From NCBI GenBank assembly GCA_002269645.1, contig NIVC01001281.1, positions 102,101-166,100 of the forward strand: 64,000 nucleotides of DNA. Direction: 5' to 3'. Made by a program: the position numbers and the translations under genes. The notes under the pieces were generated by a model. That model worked only from the letters and a program-made list of their open reading frames with translations, was not told the DNA's origin and made no database searches. This DNA comes from Macrostomum lignano (lineage: Eukaryota). How positions within the stretch are numbered: the first letter of the stretch is position 1; each line of letters opens with the position of its first letter. Shown one piece after another: positions 1-10,019 of the stretch.

Positions 1-200
1 GAGTTTGCTTCCAGTCCAGATATCTAGAGAGGTCTCTGGTTGATTTATGATCGGTGCTGAGTCTGCTTCCAGTCCAGGTATCTAGAGAGGTCCCTGGTAG
101 ATTTATGATTGGTGCTGAGTTTGCTTTCAGTCCACGTGTCCATAGAGGTCGCTGGTTGATATGATTGGTGCTTTGTCTGCTTCCAGTCCAAGTATCTATA
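1..200. repeat. Degenerate ~60-bp tandem repeat (~3 copies), intronic
   Basis: Unit like TTGCTTCCAGTCCAGATATCTAGAGAGGTCTCTGGTTGATTTATGATCGGTGCTGAG recurs about every 60 nt from base 1. Confidence 0.7.
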
Positions 201-243
201 AAAAGCTAATTATTTGCTGATGCAATTCTGTTATAAACTCCAG

Positions 244-420
244 GACGAAGACTTTCGCAAGTCAATCCAGCAGTCTATTCACATTGAGCGAACCTATCGG
301 CACCTGTTCGACTCCGTGCTCATCTGCGACAATTTTGACAGCTGCTACGAACAGTTGGAAGCCGTGCTGGAGTCCCTGACCACCGAGCACCAATGGCTGC
401 CAGTGCATTGGCTGTACTAA
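244..420 (+). CDS. Terminal exon of a MAGUK p55-subfamily protein (C-terminal end of guanylate kinase domain)
   Basis: Acceptor AAACTCCAG ends at 243, then DEDFRKSIQQSIHIERTYRHLFDSVLICDNFDSCYEQLEAVLESLTTEHQWLPVHWLY*. This matches the MPP/CASK-type GuK C-terminus (Y.H.FD..I.N; QWVP..W.Y). Upstream exons lie outside the window. Confidence 0.8.
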   Translation, partial: DEDFRKSIQQSIHIERTYRHLFDSVLICDNFDSCYEQLEAVLESLTTEHQWLPVHWLY

Positions 421-2128
421 TCCTCCCGTAATACCACATTGTAATCCATGTTGATGCTTCATATGTCTGTTTGCGTTTCCAGCTGACCCTTCGCATCCGA
501 TGGACCTTTTATCCAATGCTTTGCCGAATATAAAGTTATTTACTTAGCTACTGTTATTAGTATATAGTTATATACGAATTGGTGTCTAGCGTTTTCAATA
601 GTCGGTTCATTGGGCGACTAAAATCAAAGCTTTAGAAGTTCATGACACTTGGTTCTCTGTAATTTATTAGTGCAGGTTGCACTTAAAGACAGTAGACTGT
701 TTTACTTCACCGTTGAAATAAGCCCAGTGGAAGCGCACTACTTTAAGCGAACTTCATTAAATCTAATTTGTACCAAATGTGAGTAATACGCGTTGTCGCT
801 CTAAACCTACTGTGAGTAGCAAAGTATCGTGTTTTTTTTTACTTTTTACACCTAAATTTAATGATATACATTCCGCAGTTGCACCATTTTTTCAGACCAC
901 TGGCTGGCTGTGCATTAGTAGCTAGGGCATGATGATATGCAAACACATTCCAAGTTATGTACTATGGTAAATTAACATTCAGACACCCAATTTATTGCCT
1001 GTATATACAAAATACTTATATCGACCTATTCGCCCACTATATTTAAAAAAATTTATAGCTTTTGAAATGATGTTTTGTTTTATTGTTGCGCGAAACTCAT
1101 TTTTTATTGTACTCGTCTACCTGCATGGGGATTTTATCCCTCGTGTATTTTGAGCGCTTCACTGTGTCTCCTGTCCGACATCCAGCTGCTCTACTCAGCT
1201 GTTCCACTTTGCTCTCGCATCCAGCTCGTACTGTCACTTGATCCGGAGTCGAGTTTATGTTTTTGAGCAGATGAGCAGAAACATAATTGAGAAATAAATG
1301 ACTAGTTGAAATTATCTCTATGTAATTCCGTCATAACAAGCCAATAACAAAGTTTACCATATTGAATATTGGCGCGCAGTATGAAAATTTTAATTTTTTT
1401 CTTAACTTTATTAAGGAAATTTCATGCCCTTGGCCCCGCGTACCAATGAAATGCAGTGCATGTAAGTATAGAGCAGTTCGTGCAACAGGAGTTGCTGCTC
1501 CCCTGAGCAATATTTGCCCACTTCCTTCCTGAACTGGCTGCCAAGGCACTGTGAGCGCATGCTCATACAGGCGGGGAGGGGGCTCATGCCGGCTAGACAC
1601 AGTTGCGGAGAAAAAAGCCTTTATAGATTGAATTGGAAGGCATGAGCAGCTTTGGTGGCGGCATCCGTGCAGCGCTGAACGCTCTGCCAGGTGGTTTTGA
1701 GTTGGGAATGATTTTGATTTGTTTGCTCCGGATAACAGACACCGCGTCGGGGTGGTGGGTGGAGGGTAAGGTAAGGGAGGCCGATATTGCAAATCTCGCG
1801 GCCTCGCTCTCAGGTCGGGGAATCGATTGGTTTTGGTCTATATCGATCGCCACTACAAAACTGCGTTGACGATCGAGTGTTGTCTGAAAGGCCTTGATAA
1901 AGCGGTACAACACGGATTTGAGTGTTTCGAAGTGAAAGGCAGTCAGTGAACTACCGGTAATTACATTCTGTGTACACTGTACTAAAAAATCTGCTTGTAC
2001 GTACAGGTGAAACCGCTTCCGTAAGGCCATTCAAATAATTAATACAGGTAATTATAGCTGTCTGTGAAGAAATCAGATAAATCTTATAATAAGCAGCTCG
2101 ACATTCGTAAACCTCCTGAGACCTGTTG

Positions 2129-2990
2129 GACAGCCATCCTGCAATCAACTTTAACCAGAAGCCCGTCAGGTATAGACAGCCATCCTGCAATCAACTTTAA
2201 CCAGAAGCCCGTCAGGTATAGACAGCCATCCTGCAATCAACTTTAACCAGAAGCCCGTCAGGTATAGACAGCCATCCTGCAATCAATTTTAACCAGAAGC
2301 CCGTCAGGTATAGACAGCCATCCTGCAATCAAATTTAACCAGAAGCCTTTCAGGTAGACAGCCATCCTGCAATCAACTTTAACCAGAAGCCCGTCAGGTA
2401 TAGACAGCCATCCTGCAATCAACTTTAACCAGAAGCCCGTCAGGTAGACAGCCATCCTGCAATCAAATTTAACCAGAAGCCCGTCAGGTATAGACAGCCA
2501 TCCTGCAATCAATTTTAACCAGAAGCCCGTCAGGTATAGACAGCCATCCTGCAATCAAATTTAACCAGAAGCCTTTCAGGTAGACAGCCATCCTGCAATC
2601 AAATTTAACCAGAAGCCCTTCAGGTAGACAGCCATCCTGCAATCAAATTTAACCAGAAGCCCTTCAGGTAGACAGCCATCCTGCAATCAAATTTAACCAG
2701 AAGCCTTTCAGGTAGACAGCCATCCTGCAATCAACTTTAACCAGAAGCCCTTCAGGTATAGACAGCCATCCTGCAATCAAATTTAACCAGAAGCCCTTCA
2801 GGTAGACAGCCATCCTGCAATCAAATTTAACCAGAAGCCCTTCAGGTAGACAGCCATCCTGCAATCAAATTTAACCAGAAACTCGTCGAGACAGCCATCC
2901 TGCAATCAACTTTAACCAGGAACTCGTCAGGTAGACAGCCATCCTGCAATCAACTTTAACCAGAAACCCGTCAAGTAGACGGCTATCCTG
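2129..2990. repeat. Minisatellite, 44/46-bp unit, ~19 copies
   Basis: GACAGCCATCCTGCAATCAACTTTAACCAGAAGCCCGTCAGGTA(TA) repeats; successive starts at 2129 and 2175. Confidence 0.95.
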
Positions 2991-3611
2991 AAATTGATTG
3001 CAATAAGAACCAGCTAGGGAAAAATTAGACCTAAACGGGCATTTAACGCCAGATAGATAGGCCTTTATATGTCAATGCGTCAATGAATGAATGGTTCGTC
3101 CAGGAAGGTGTCGAATACGTGTAGAATCAAGCAGGCAAAACCTAACACTGACGCAACCAATCAACTCACGCATCTTGGCAGTCGCAACTCAAACCACAGA
3201 TCTACGAGCAAGGGGTTTTCAAACTCCAACGGAGCGTCTTTTCAAACCCGCAATCAAGATCTGAAGCTAGATTGCTCAATCTGCCAACAATGGGCGGCAA
3301 CCAGTCGTGGCTGTCCTGCGACAAGACCTACCCGGAACCGCCTGGCAGCAACGAAGCAAAAGGTCGGGACAACTCGGAATCGGGCAACCTGCTGGTCGCG
3401 GTGATCATGTTCGTGCTGACCATCGTTCTGCTGCTACTTGCCGTGACGGTCGCCAATTGCATCGCAATCTCTCGACGTCGTCGCCGAAGACCTCCGGCAG
3501 CTCATGGACCGCCAGCCGCTTCTGGACAGGAAGCTTCAGGTGGAAGCTACGGAGACAACGCCGACAACGATGAAGACGAAGATGATGACGATGAAGACGA
3601 CTCGTCGGTGG

Positions 3612-6600
3612 CTTGGCAAGATTCTGCACCTCCACGAAGCGTGCCGTCAACACGCGGTGCCAAGCGGGCAACCGGAGCAACCCGGTTGGCAAAGCAGAAT
3701 CGGGGGGGGGGAGAGAGGCCCGTAGCCTCGGCGTAACAGCCGCGGTCTATGGGCAAACCTCCTCGCAACAGAGTGGCTTGGACCTAACCGACCCAGGCAC
3801 CTCTCGAAACAACAGTAAGGTTGAAAGCTTTGCCGAAAGTGAGAGAGAGAGTGAGGAACTGCTGCGGAAAATATCAAAAAAAAACAAAAAAAAGAAGGAG
3901 CATGAAGCGAACAAGGAAGAGAGTAATTGCACGTACCCAGAAAGCAAGGAAAGGCGAAGGGCTGAAATCAGCAGAGCGCTCGAGACCATCGAAAAGAACC
4001 CAGGACCGAGGCGTCCAGCACAAAAGACGGCACGGAAGCTCAGACGAACCACACGACGAAAAAAGGTACGAGATAGGAAAGCGAGAGAGAAGGCCAGGAG
4101 GGCAAATGAGAGGTGGCACAATAACGACATAAAGCTAGCGACGTGGAATATGCGCAGAGCGAACGTAGGAAGCGGAAGGTTCGGCGAGGTCGTTAAGTAC
4201 GCGATAGGAAAGGGATGGGACGTCACCCTCCTATCCGAACTTGACACACCTGGCGTTGGCATCAGAAGCTACCATCACAGAGAAGCAGAGATGCACCTAG
4301 TCCACTCCCAGAAGGTGGGAATGCTTCTGGGAGAAACAGCCTGGACAATGTGGAACGAAACTGGGAGGAAGATGCACCCGATGAAACGAACACTTGCGCT
4401 GGAAATAGGCGGAGTGATCCTGATAGCCGTATACCAACCGGTCAAGAAGGGTAAAGAGTACGAGGAAGAAGTGGATGAGATCCGAGAAGAAATCGAAAGG
4501 ATGCTGAACACCTTTGCAAAGAAGGCTGTACTAATCATCGGTGGAGATTTCAACGCCAGCGTTGGGAGCGGAGTGCACCGTCTCTCGAGCACAGGCCGTT
4601 ATGGAATCGGACCAACGAACCAACAGGGTGAAGACCTACTTCTTTGGCTAGAAAGCCTAGGCCTGGCATGGGCGAGCACCTTCTACAGGCAGAAGAAGCA
4701 AGGCACCTGGCGGAACCCGAGGTCACACCAATGGTACGAGATTGACGGCTTCATCACCAAGAAAGAGCAGAGACACCGGATCATCGGGAGCATCAGGACC
4801 GACCACGATCCGAATCACCATACGAGGTCCGACCACCTACCGAAGGTCATCACCATGAAGAGAAGATTCGCGGAGAGATGCGCGGAACCAACCAGGAAGT
4901 ATCCAAAAAACCAAAAAAACGAAATCGCCTGGGACCGGCTCCGCGATGTCGGCGTACGCGAACTATACAGAAATAAGACGGAGGAAGTGCTAGCTGGAAA
5001 GGGCGAGACCGACTGGGAAACGACGAAACAAACGATGCTTGAAGCCGCGAGAGAAATCTGCGGCCCAAAGACGAGACAGACGAACCCGTGGATGGTAGGG
5101 CACGAAGAAGAGCTGGCAGAACTTAACAAAGAAGTGGAGCACGCCCTGAGCGCCCGCAACCGAGTTAAGAAGTCACCCGAAGGGACCCTAACAGTAGAAG
5201 AGCGGACGGTGGCCTTGACCCGAGCCACACAAGGGCTGAAAGAGAAGCGGGGAAAGCAGAAGAAGAAACTCCAAGAGTGGATGGAACAGTGGTGGATGGA
5301 GATTGCCGAAGAGTGCAAGCGGAACTGCGACACGGGAAACGTGGCTGGGATGTACGACTGTTTGCGGAAGATGGGCAGGAACACAAAGCAAAATGAGAAC
5401 AACAGCAGAACAGTACCACTGTTCACGGCGGAAGACTTCAAGGAACACCTGTCAAAGATCCAGGAGCAACGGTTCGAGAACGACCAGGAGGAAATGCTCA
5501 ATCTAATTAGGTCAGCCCCAAAGCCAAGCGTAGACAAGGCTACGATAGAGGAAGCCAATGACCGGCTGTCCAGACCACTAACAAACAAAGAGATCGACGA
5601 CGAAATCAAAAAGATCAAAGACGGGGCCCCGGGCTTAGACGGCATCCGAATGCGCTACATCACCAGCGCGTGCGCAATGGCCCAAGCGGAGGTCCGGAAA
5701 GTAGTGCACTACATCTGGAACAACCCAGCGGACACCTGGGAGGAGGACCAGAAAGTAGGTGTAATCATGCCACTCCACAAGAAAGGCGATCGGACGAACC
5801 TCAATAATTTCAGAGGGATCTGCCTCCTACCAGTCGCAAGCAGGATACTCGCTCGGATACTGGCGACGAGGCTGAGCTCATGGACGGAGAACATGGGTCT
5901 GCTAGACGACAACCAGTTCGGTTTCCGGAGCGGCCGGTCCACTATGGATGCGACCCAGATCATACTCAGACTGAACGAGGACGCCGAGAAGATCAGAGAG
6001 AGCCCAGAATGGGCAGAGTCGATGGATACCAGCCTAGTCTTGCTAGACCTTAAGAAGGCCTACCCGCGGGTAAACAAGCCGGCTCTTTGGGAACTGCTGA
6101 AACATCAGCACATGCCGGAGCGCACGATAAAAAAGCTGGCAGACCTGCACGAGTACACCGCGTACACGGTACGGTGCGGCGCAGAGACAAGTTCCGAATT
6201 TTACCCACAACGCGGGCTGAGAGAAGGCTGCGCCACATCGCCTATCCTCTTCAACATCTATCACCAGACGGCGATACGGATAGCAAAAGAGAGGCGCATG
6301 GAAAAAGCGAAGAACACCGGGGCCGAATGCGGAATCAAGTGGGTTTGCCGACCGGGCAAATGCTTACCGCCTAAAAAGATGGGAGGTTACAACGAAGAAG
6401 CGGCGGAGATAACAATCACAGAAGTACTGTTCGCTGACGACACCACTATTGTCGGGGGATCCGAGGAAATCGAGCAAGGGACGAGAACCGTCATCGAGAC
6501 CATCGGAATCCTAGAAGAACGGACGAACGATGAGAAGGAAGAGCGAGCTAAGCTAGGAACACCTGAGAGTCAGAACATCCGGATACTGGGCACCTGGATC

Positions 6601-7788
6601 GGCAGAAAGCAGGACACCGCCCAGCGGCTGCAGAGAGCTGCCAAAGCGTGGGCGGGAGTCAAATGCATGCTACGCAAAACACGACTAAGCAAACGCACCC
6701 AAGCTAGGATCATAGAGACCTGTGTTGAGAGCACGATGCTCTTCAATGCAGGCGCCCGGCCCTTCCACAAGTCGGAAATTAAGCGGATGCAGCAGGCAAT
6801 GGACCGTCGTTATCGGTACGTGTGGAGCAGCAAGACCGAACCACCGCTAAAAGAAATGGAGAGAAAAAAAGTGAACATGTGGGACGTGCGGAACGAACTG
6901 CGGGTCCGAAGCATCGGCGCCAAAGTCGAATCGGCCCACTGGCGCAGGCTAGGCCACGTACTCAGACTCCCGGATACCAGCACCGTCAAAAGATGTGTCC
7001 TCGGCTGGAGCAAGAAGCTGACTACCATCAAGAAAGCGCGGAAGAGAAGGCAGACCATCATCTCGGTATGGAGAAAGCTACTGCGCACGGCAGAAATCGA
7101 TGAGCTGGAGGTCGAAAGGCTGGTGACCGATAGAGAGGCTTGGAGAAAGAAGTTACGCATCAGGGAAAGAGCGCTGGAGGAGAGCGAGAGGAAGAAAGGA
7201 AAGAAAGCAGAGACGACTGAGGAAGAAACAGCACAGGAAAGAGAAGCCGGAGAAGTGGAATCGGAGCTGACCGGGTACAGGTGCAATTACGAGAACTGCG
7301 GGAAGGTGTGCGCGTCGAGAGCCGGGTTAGCCGTACACCAACGGAGGATACACCATCAATTTACGAAGACACCGCTGCCGTGCCTAAAGTGCAACGCTAC
7401 CTTCTTCACGGAGGCGACAAGAAAAAACCACCAGAAGAGGTGCGGAGGAGAGGAGCGATCGGCGAAAGAAGTCCACTGCGGAGAGTGCAACAAGTGGATA
7501 AGCAAGTCCAACCACGCACGGCATAGGAAACGGTGCAAGGAGAACGGAAGGAAACCAGAGGCGGGCGCGACACCGGACGAGAGGGCAGAAGAAGCAGCAG
7601 TACCAACGGGGAGAGGCCAGCAGACGACGGGGATTACGGCGCGGATCTACAAGAGCGCCAGAGCTCCGTGCCCGGACTGCGGGAGGATGCTGGCCCGCAC
7701 GAACATGGCCAGACATCGAAAGACCTGCCAGTGAGTCGGCGGCAGAGCGTCCACGCCGCGAGGCGAGAAAAGGACTGAAGAAGAAGAA
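3612..7788 (+). mobile_element. RTE-clade-like non-LTR retrotransposon (LINE), apparently intact and recent
   Basis: Perfect 13-bp TSD GACTCGTCGGTGG at 3599-3611 and 7789-7801; (GAA)n tail at ~7777-7790; one long ORF; 3' UTR only ~50 nt. Clade assigned from motif appearance, not phylogeny. Confidence 0.92.
3613..7734 (+). CDS. LINE polyprotein: APE endonuclease, reverse transcriptase, C-terminal zinc fingers
   Basis: APE motifs TWN, LSEL, YQP, GGDFNA, EIDGF, SDHLP; RT motifs QFGFR, DLKKAY, GLREGCATSP, LFADD; RLGHVLR thumb region; terminal CxxxxC..H..H plus three CxxC..H...C motifs. No stops or frameshifts. First in-frame ATG is at 4150. Confidence 0.95.
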   Translation: MARFCTSTKRAVNTRCQAGNRSNPVGKAESGGGREARSLGVTAAVYGQTSSQQSGLDLTDPGTSRNNSKVESFAESERESEELLRKISKKNKKKKEHEANKEESNCTYPESKERRRAEISRALETIEKNPGPRRPAQKTARKLRRTTRRKKVRDRKAREKARRANERWHNNDIKLATWNMRRANVGSGRFGEVVKYAIGKGWDVTLLSELDTPGVGIRSYHHREAEMHLVHSQKVGMLLGETAWTMWNETGRKMHPMKRTLALEIGGVILIAVYQPVKKGKEYEEEVDEIREEIERMLNTFAKKAVLIIGGDFNASVGSGVHRLSSTGRYGIGPTNQQGEDLLLWLESLGLAWASTFYRQKKQGTWRNPRSHQWYEIDGFITKKEQRHRIIGSIRTDHDPNHHTRSDHLPKVITMKRRFAERCAEPTRKYPKNQKNEIAWDRLRDVGVRELYRNKTEEVLAGKGETDWETTKQTMLEAAREICGPKTRQTNPWMVGHEEELAELNKEVEHALSARNRVKKSPEGTLTVEERTVALTRATQGLKEKRGKQKKKLQEWMEQWWMEIAEECKRNCDTGNVAGMYDCLRKMGRNTKQNENNSRTVPLFTAEDFKEHLSKIQEQRFENDQEEMLNLIRSAPKPSVDKATIEEANDRLSRPLTNKEIDDEIKKIKDGAPGLDGIRMRYITSACAMAQAEVRKVVHYIWNNPADTWEEDQKVGVIMPLHKKGDRTNLNNFRGICLLPVASRILARILATRLSSWTENMGLLDDNQFGFRSGRSTMDATQIILRLNEDAEKIRESPEWAESMDTSLVLLDLKKAYPRVNKPALWELLKHQHMPERTIKKLADLHEYTAYTVRCGAETSSEFYPQRGLREGCATSPILFNIYHQTAIRIAKERRMEKAKNTGAECGIKWVCRPGKCLPPKKMGGYNEEAAEITITEVLFADDTTIVGGSEEIEQGTRTVIETIGILEERTNDEKEERAKLGTPESQNIRILGTWIGRKQDTAQRLQRAAKAWAGVKCMLRKTRLSKRTQARIIETCVESTMLFNAGARPFHKSEIKRMQQAMDRRYRYVWSSKTEPPLKEMERKKVNMWDVRNELRVRSIGAKVESAHWRRLGHVLRLPDTSTVKRCVLGWSKKLTTIKKARKRRQTIISVWRKLLRTAEIDELEVERLVTDREAWRKKLRIRERALEESERKKGKKAETTEEETAQEREAGEVESELTGYRCNYENCGKVCASRAGLAVHQRRIHHQFTKTPLPCLKCNATFFTEATRKNHQKRCGGEERSAKEVHCGECNKWISKSNHARHRKRCKENGRKPEAGATPDERAEEAAVPTGRGQQTTGITARIYKSARAPCPDCGRMLARTNMARHRKTCQ

Positions 7789-9146
7789 GACTCGTCGGTG
7801 GTGTCGCTGGATAGCGTGACGGCCAGGGCGGCGGCGCTGGCTCAGCACCGACGAATGAGCCGCATTGCCATGCAGCAGCAGCAGCAGCAGCAGCAGAAGC
7901 AGGAGGAGCCGGATATTCGTCAAGAGCAGTCGCTGCATCTCGAAGTGCCGTCGACTGGCCTAAAAGGTGTTGAAAATGCTGGATTTTTAAGGTCACCGGC
8001 TTCTTGAAGTTTTTCATGTTACATATACATTACATTCATATTAGCTCGTATATTACTCGAGATAATTAATTTTTCTTTGTCAGAGCAAGGTTTATTTGTT
8101 GTTAATTACCAGAGTCTGATACATACGAAAGAAACAAATTGCATATCGGTGCATTATTTGGCTGGGTTTATCCAAGAAAAATTTTCAACTTCGGATGTAT
8201 TGTTCTGAACGTGCATGTCATGCAGCTTGTATTGGTTCATTTAACAATTTTTCCTGTAGATATACGTAAAAGCCACGCTCTGTGTGCAATATACTGTTGA
8301 ATTACTGTTTAAAATTCACTAATATTGATCAACTTCCTTTTCTAGGAAACGAATATACCACACTGAATCATACGGGGAACAACAGTTTCCAGAGTATATA
8401 TAATTCTTTGCCTTTTGTTGCTCCTACATCTCCCAAAAAGTGCTAGCCATATTTGAACCAGCTGGATAAACTTTGTGTTCTACGCCGGTACAGCAACAAT
8501 GCCGTTAGGAAATATGCGGGAGGGCTAGCTGAGAGTAACCCACACGTCTCGCCCATGGCCACATTTAATACTTAACTCGTGCACAGCAAACTGGCCTGGG
8601 GGGCGGCTTGTCTTGCAATTCACGCTCACCCGAGTCAACCACCAAGGCACAGACGCGAAAGTCGGGGCCGCTGTGCACTCATTGGATGTGTACTTATCCG
8701 TGCGCGTGCTCAGGGATCAGCGGAATGAGGATAATTGTATGCCTCCTCGTTGGCTGTGGGTCGACTGCGGCCTTGATTTTCGGTGGGTCTGTAATTCTTG
8801 CCCGCTCCGTTAACTTTTTTCCGGTGACATTTTCACGGTGACGTTTTCACAGTGACGTTTTCCCTGTGACGATTAACCTATTCGTAGTTTCACTGATACC
8901 TGCACGAAAGTCCCTGTGCTTTTAAATAGTCGTCAGGCTAGCTCGTATTAACAGCTGTCTCTGGCTAACTGTTTTTAGTAAGCTTTGTGATGAAAACGTG
9001 CTTTTTACTATCATATGTCTACAATAACAACTACACATTGGGCTCTCACCGTACGTGTTACTATTAGTAGAATGATAGTGTTCTTAATAATTTTTTCTAT
9101 TGACTTTTTATTATTATATTCCGTTATTACATTTGCTGCCGTTATT

Positions 9147-9192
9147 CAAGGACGACTAAAGTAACGTATATATACTACTTAAGTAGTCCTTG
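9147..9192. mobile_element. 46-bp TIR-only element or excision footprint (P-like CAAGG termini), 8-bp TSD CCGTTATT
   Basis: CCGTTATT (9139-9146), CAAGGACGACTAAAGTA, ACGTATATATAC, TACTTAAGTAGTCCTTG, CCGTTATT (9193-9200). Confidence 0.8.
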
Positions 9193-9304
9193 CCGTTATT
9201 ATTAGGACGCAGTCCTAAGTATTTTCATCACCAAAGCAAATATTGTCAGGCAAACCTGACCGATAAAACGTCATCGGTACAACTTCATCGGTAGAACGTC
9301 CACC

Positions 9305-9343
9305 CAAGGACGACTAAAGTAACGTATACTTAAGTAGTCCTTG
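9305..9343. mobile_element. 39-bp TIR-only element or excision footprint (P-like CAAGG termini), 8-bp TSD CGTCCACC
   Basis: CGTCCACC (9297-9304), CAAGGACGACTAAAGTA, ACGTA, TACTTAAGTAGTCCTTG, CGTCCACC (9344-9351). Confidence 0.8.
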
Positions 9344-9545
9344 CGTCCACCAGGAAAACGTCATCGGTAAAACGTCAAAGCTAGGAAAACTTCATCGGTA
9401 AAACGTCCATCAGGGAAACGTCATCGGTAAAACGTCTCTGGGAAAAGGTCTCACGGGAAAAGGTAACCGGTAAAAGGTCACCGTGAAAAGGTCCACTAAG
9501 AAAACTTCATCGGTGCGTCCACCAGAAAAACGTCATCGGTAAAAC

Positions 9546-10019
9546 CATAGGCGTAGGAACGTTTCAAAAACTGGGGGGGGGCAGGTTCAGTGACGGATTT
9601 AGGGGGGGGGGGGGCGCACAGGGCGCACGCCCCCGTCGAGTTAGATTTTTTTATATGGAAAATGCACACTATCATGTACCGATTTTTTTCAGAATCCATC
9701 TTGTCAGCACTCATTTTAGTGCCGCAGGCCCGCATTTTAGCGCTGCAGGCACTCATTTTGGCGCTGCAGGCACTCATTTTAGCGCCACAGGCCCGCATTT
9801 TAGCGCCGCAGGCACTCATTTTGGCGCTACAGGCGCTATGTTTTGTCGCCCTGCAGCAAAATGCATTCATGCAAAGCAGCAAAAACCAAAAATAAGCAAG
9901 AAGTCTACATTTTACATTTAAAATGTGGAGGGGCCAGATACCATTACTGCCCCCCCCCCATTTTGAAAAGTGGGGGGCCATGGCCCCACTGCCCCCCCCC
10001 CCCTGTTCCTACGCCTATG
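9546..10019. mobile_element. MITE (hAT- or P-type), 474 bp
   Basis: Perfect 15-bp TIR CATAGGCGTAGGAAC / GTTCCTACGCCTATG; 8-bp TSD GGTAAAAC at 9538-9545 and 10020-10027; internal ~21-bp GCACTCATTTTGGCGCTGCAG repeats. Confidence 0.88.

Larger units (their letters stand above)
3290..8007 (+). pseudogene. Single-pass membrane protein gene (~175 aa) interrupted by a LINE insertion
   Basis: ATG at 3290, hydrophobic helix LLVAVIMFVLTIVLLLLAVTVANCIAI followed by RRRRRR and an acidic tract. Removing 3612-7801 (LINE plus one TSD copy) joins 3290-3611 to 7802-8007 in frame: ...DEDDSSV|VSLDSVTAR...QQQQ...RSPAS* (528 nt, 176 codons including stop). Confidence 0.75.

Noticed and set aside
1331-2030. Overlapping minus-strand ORFs of 145-153 aa
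   Set aside because: No recognisable motif or clear splice structure; may be a decayed TE but cannot be supported.
3747-7938. Antisense ORFs over the LINE (e.g. 4815-5645, 6810-7286, 7384-7938)
   Set aside because: Expected shadow frames of a purine-rich coding strand.
8600-8760. Faint resemblance to PIF1 helicase motifs V/VI
   Set aside because: Needs several frameshifts and substitutions; not distinguishable from chance by eye.
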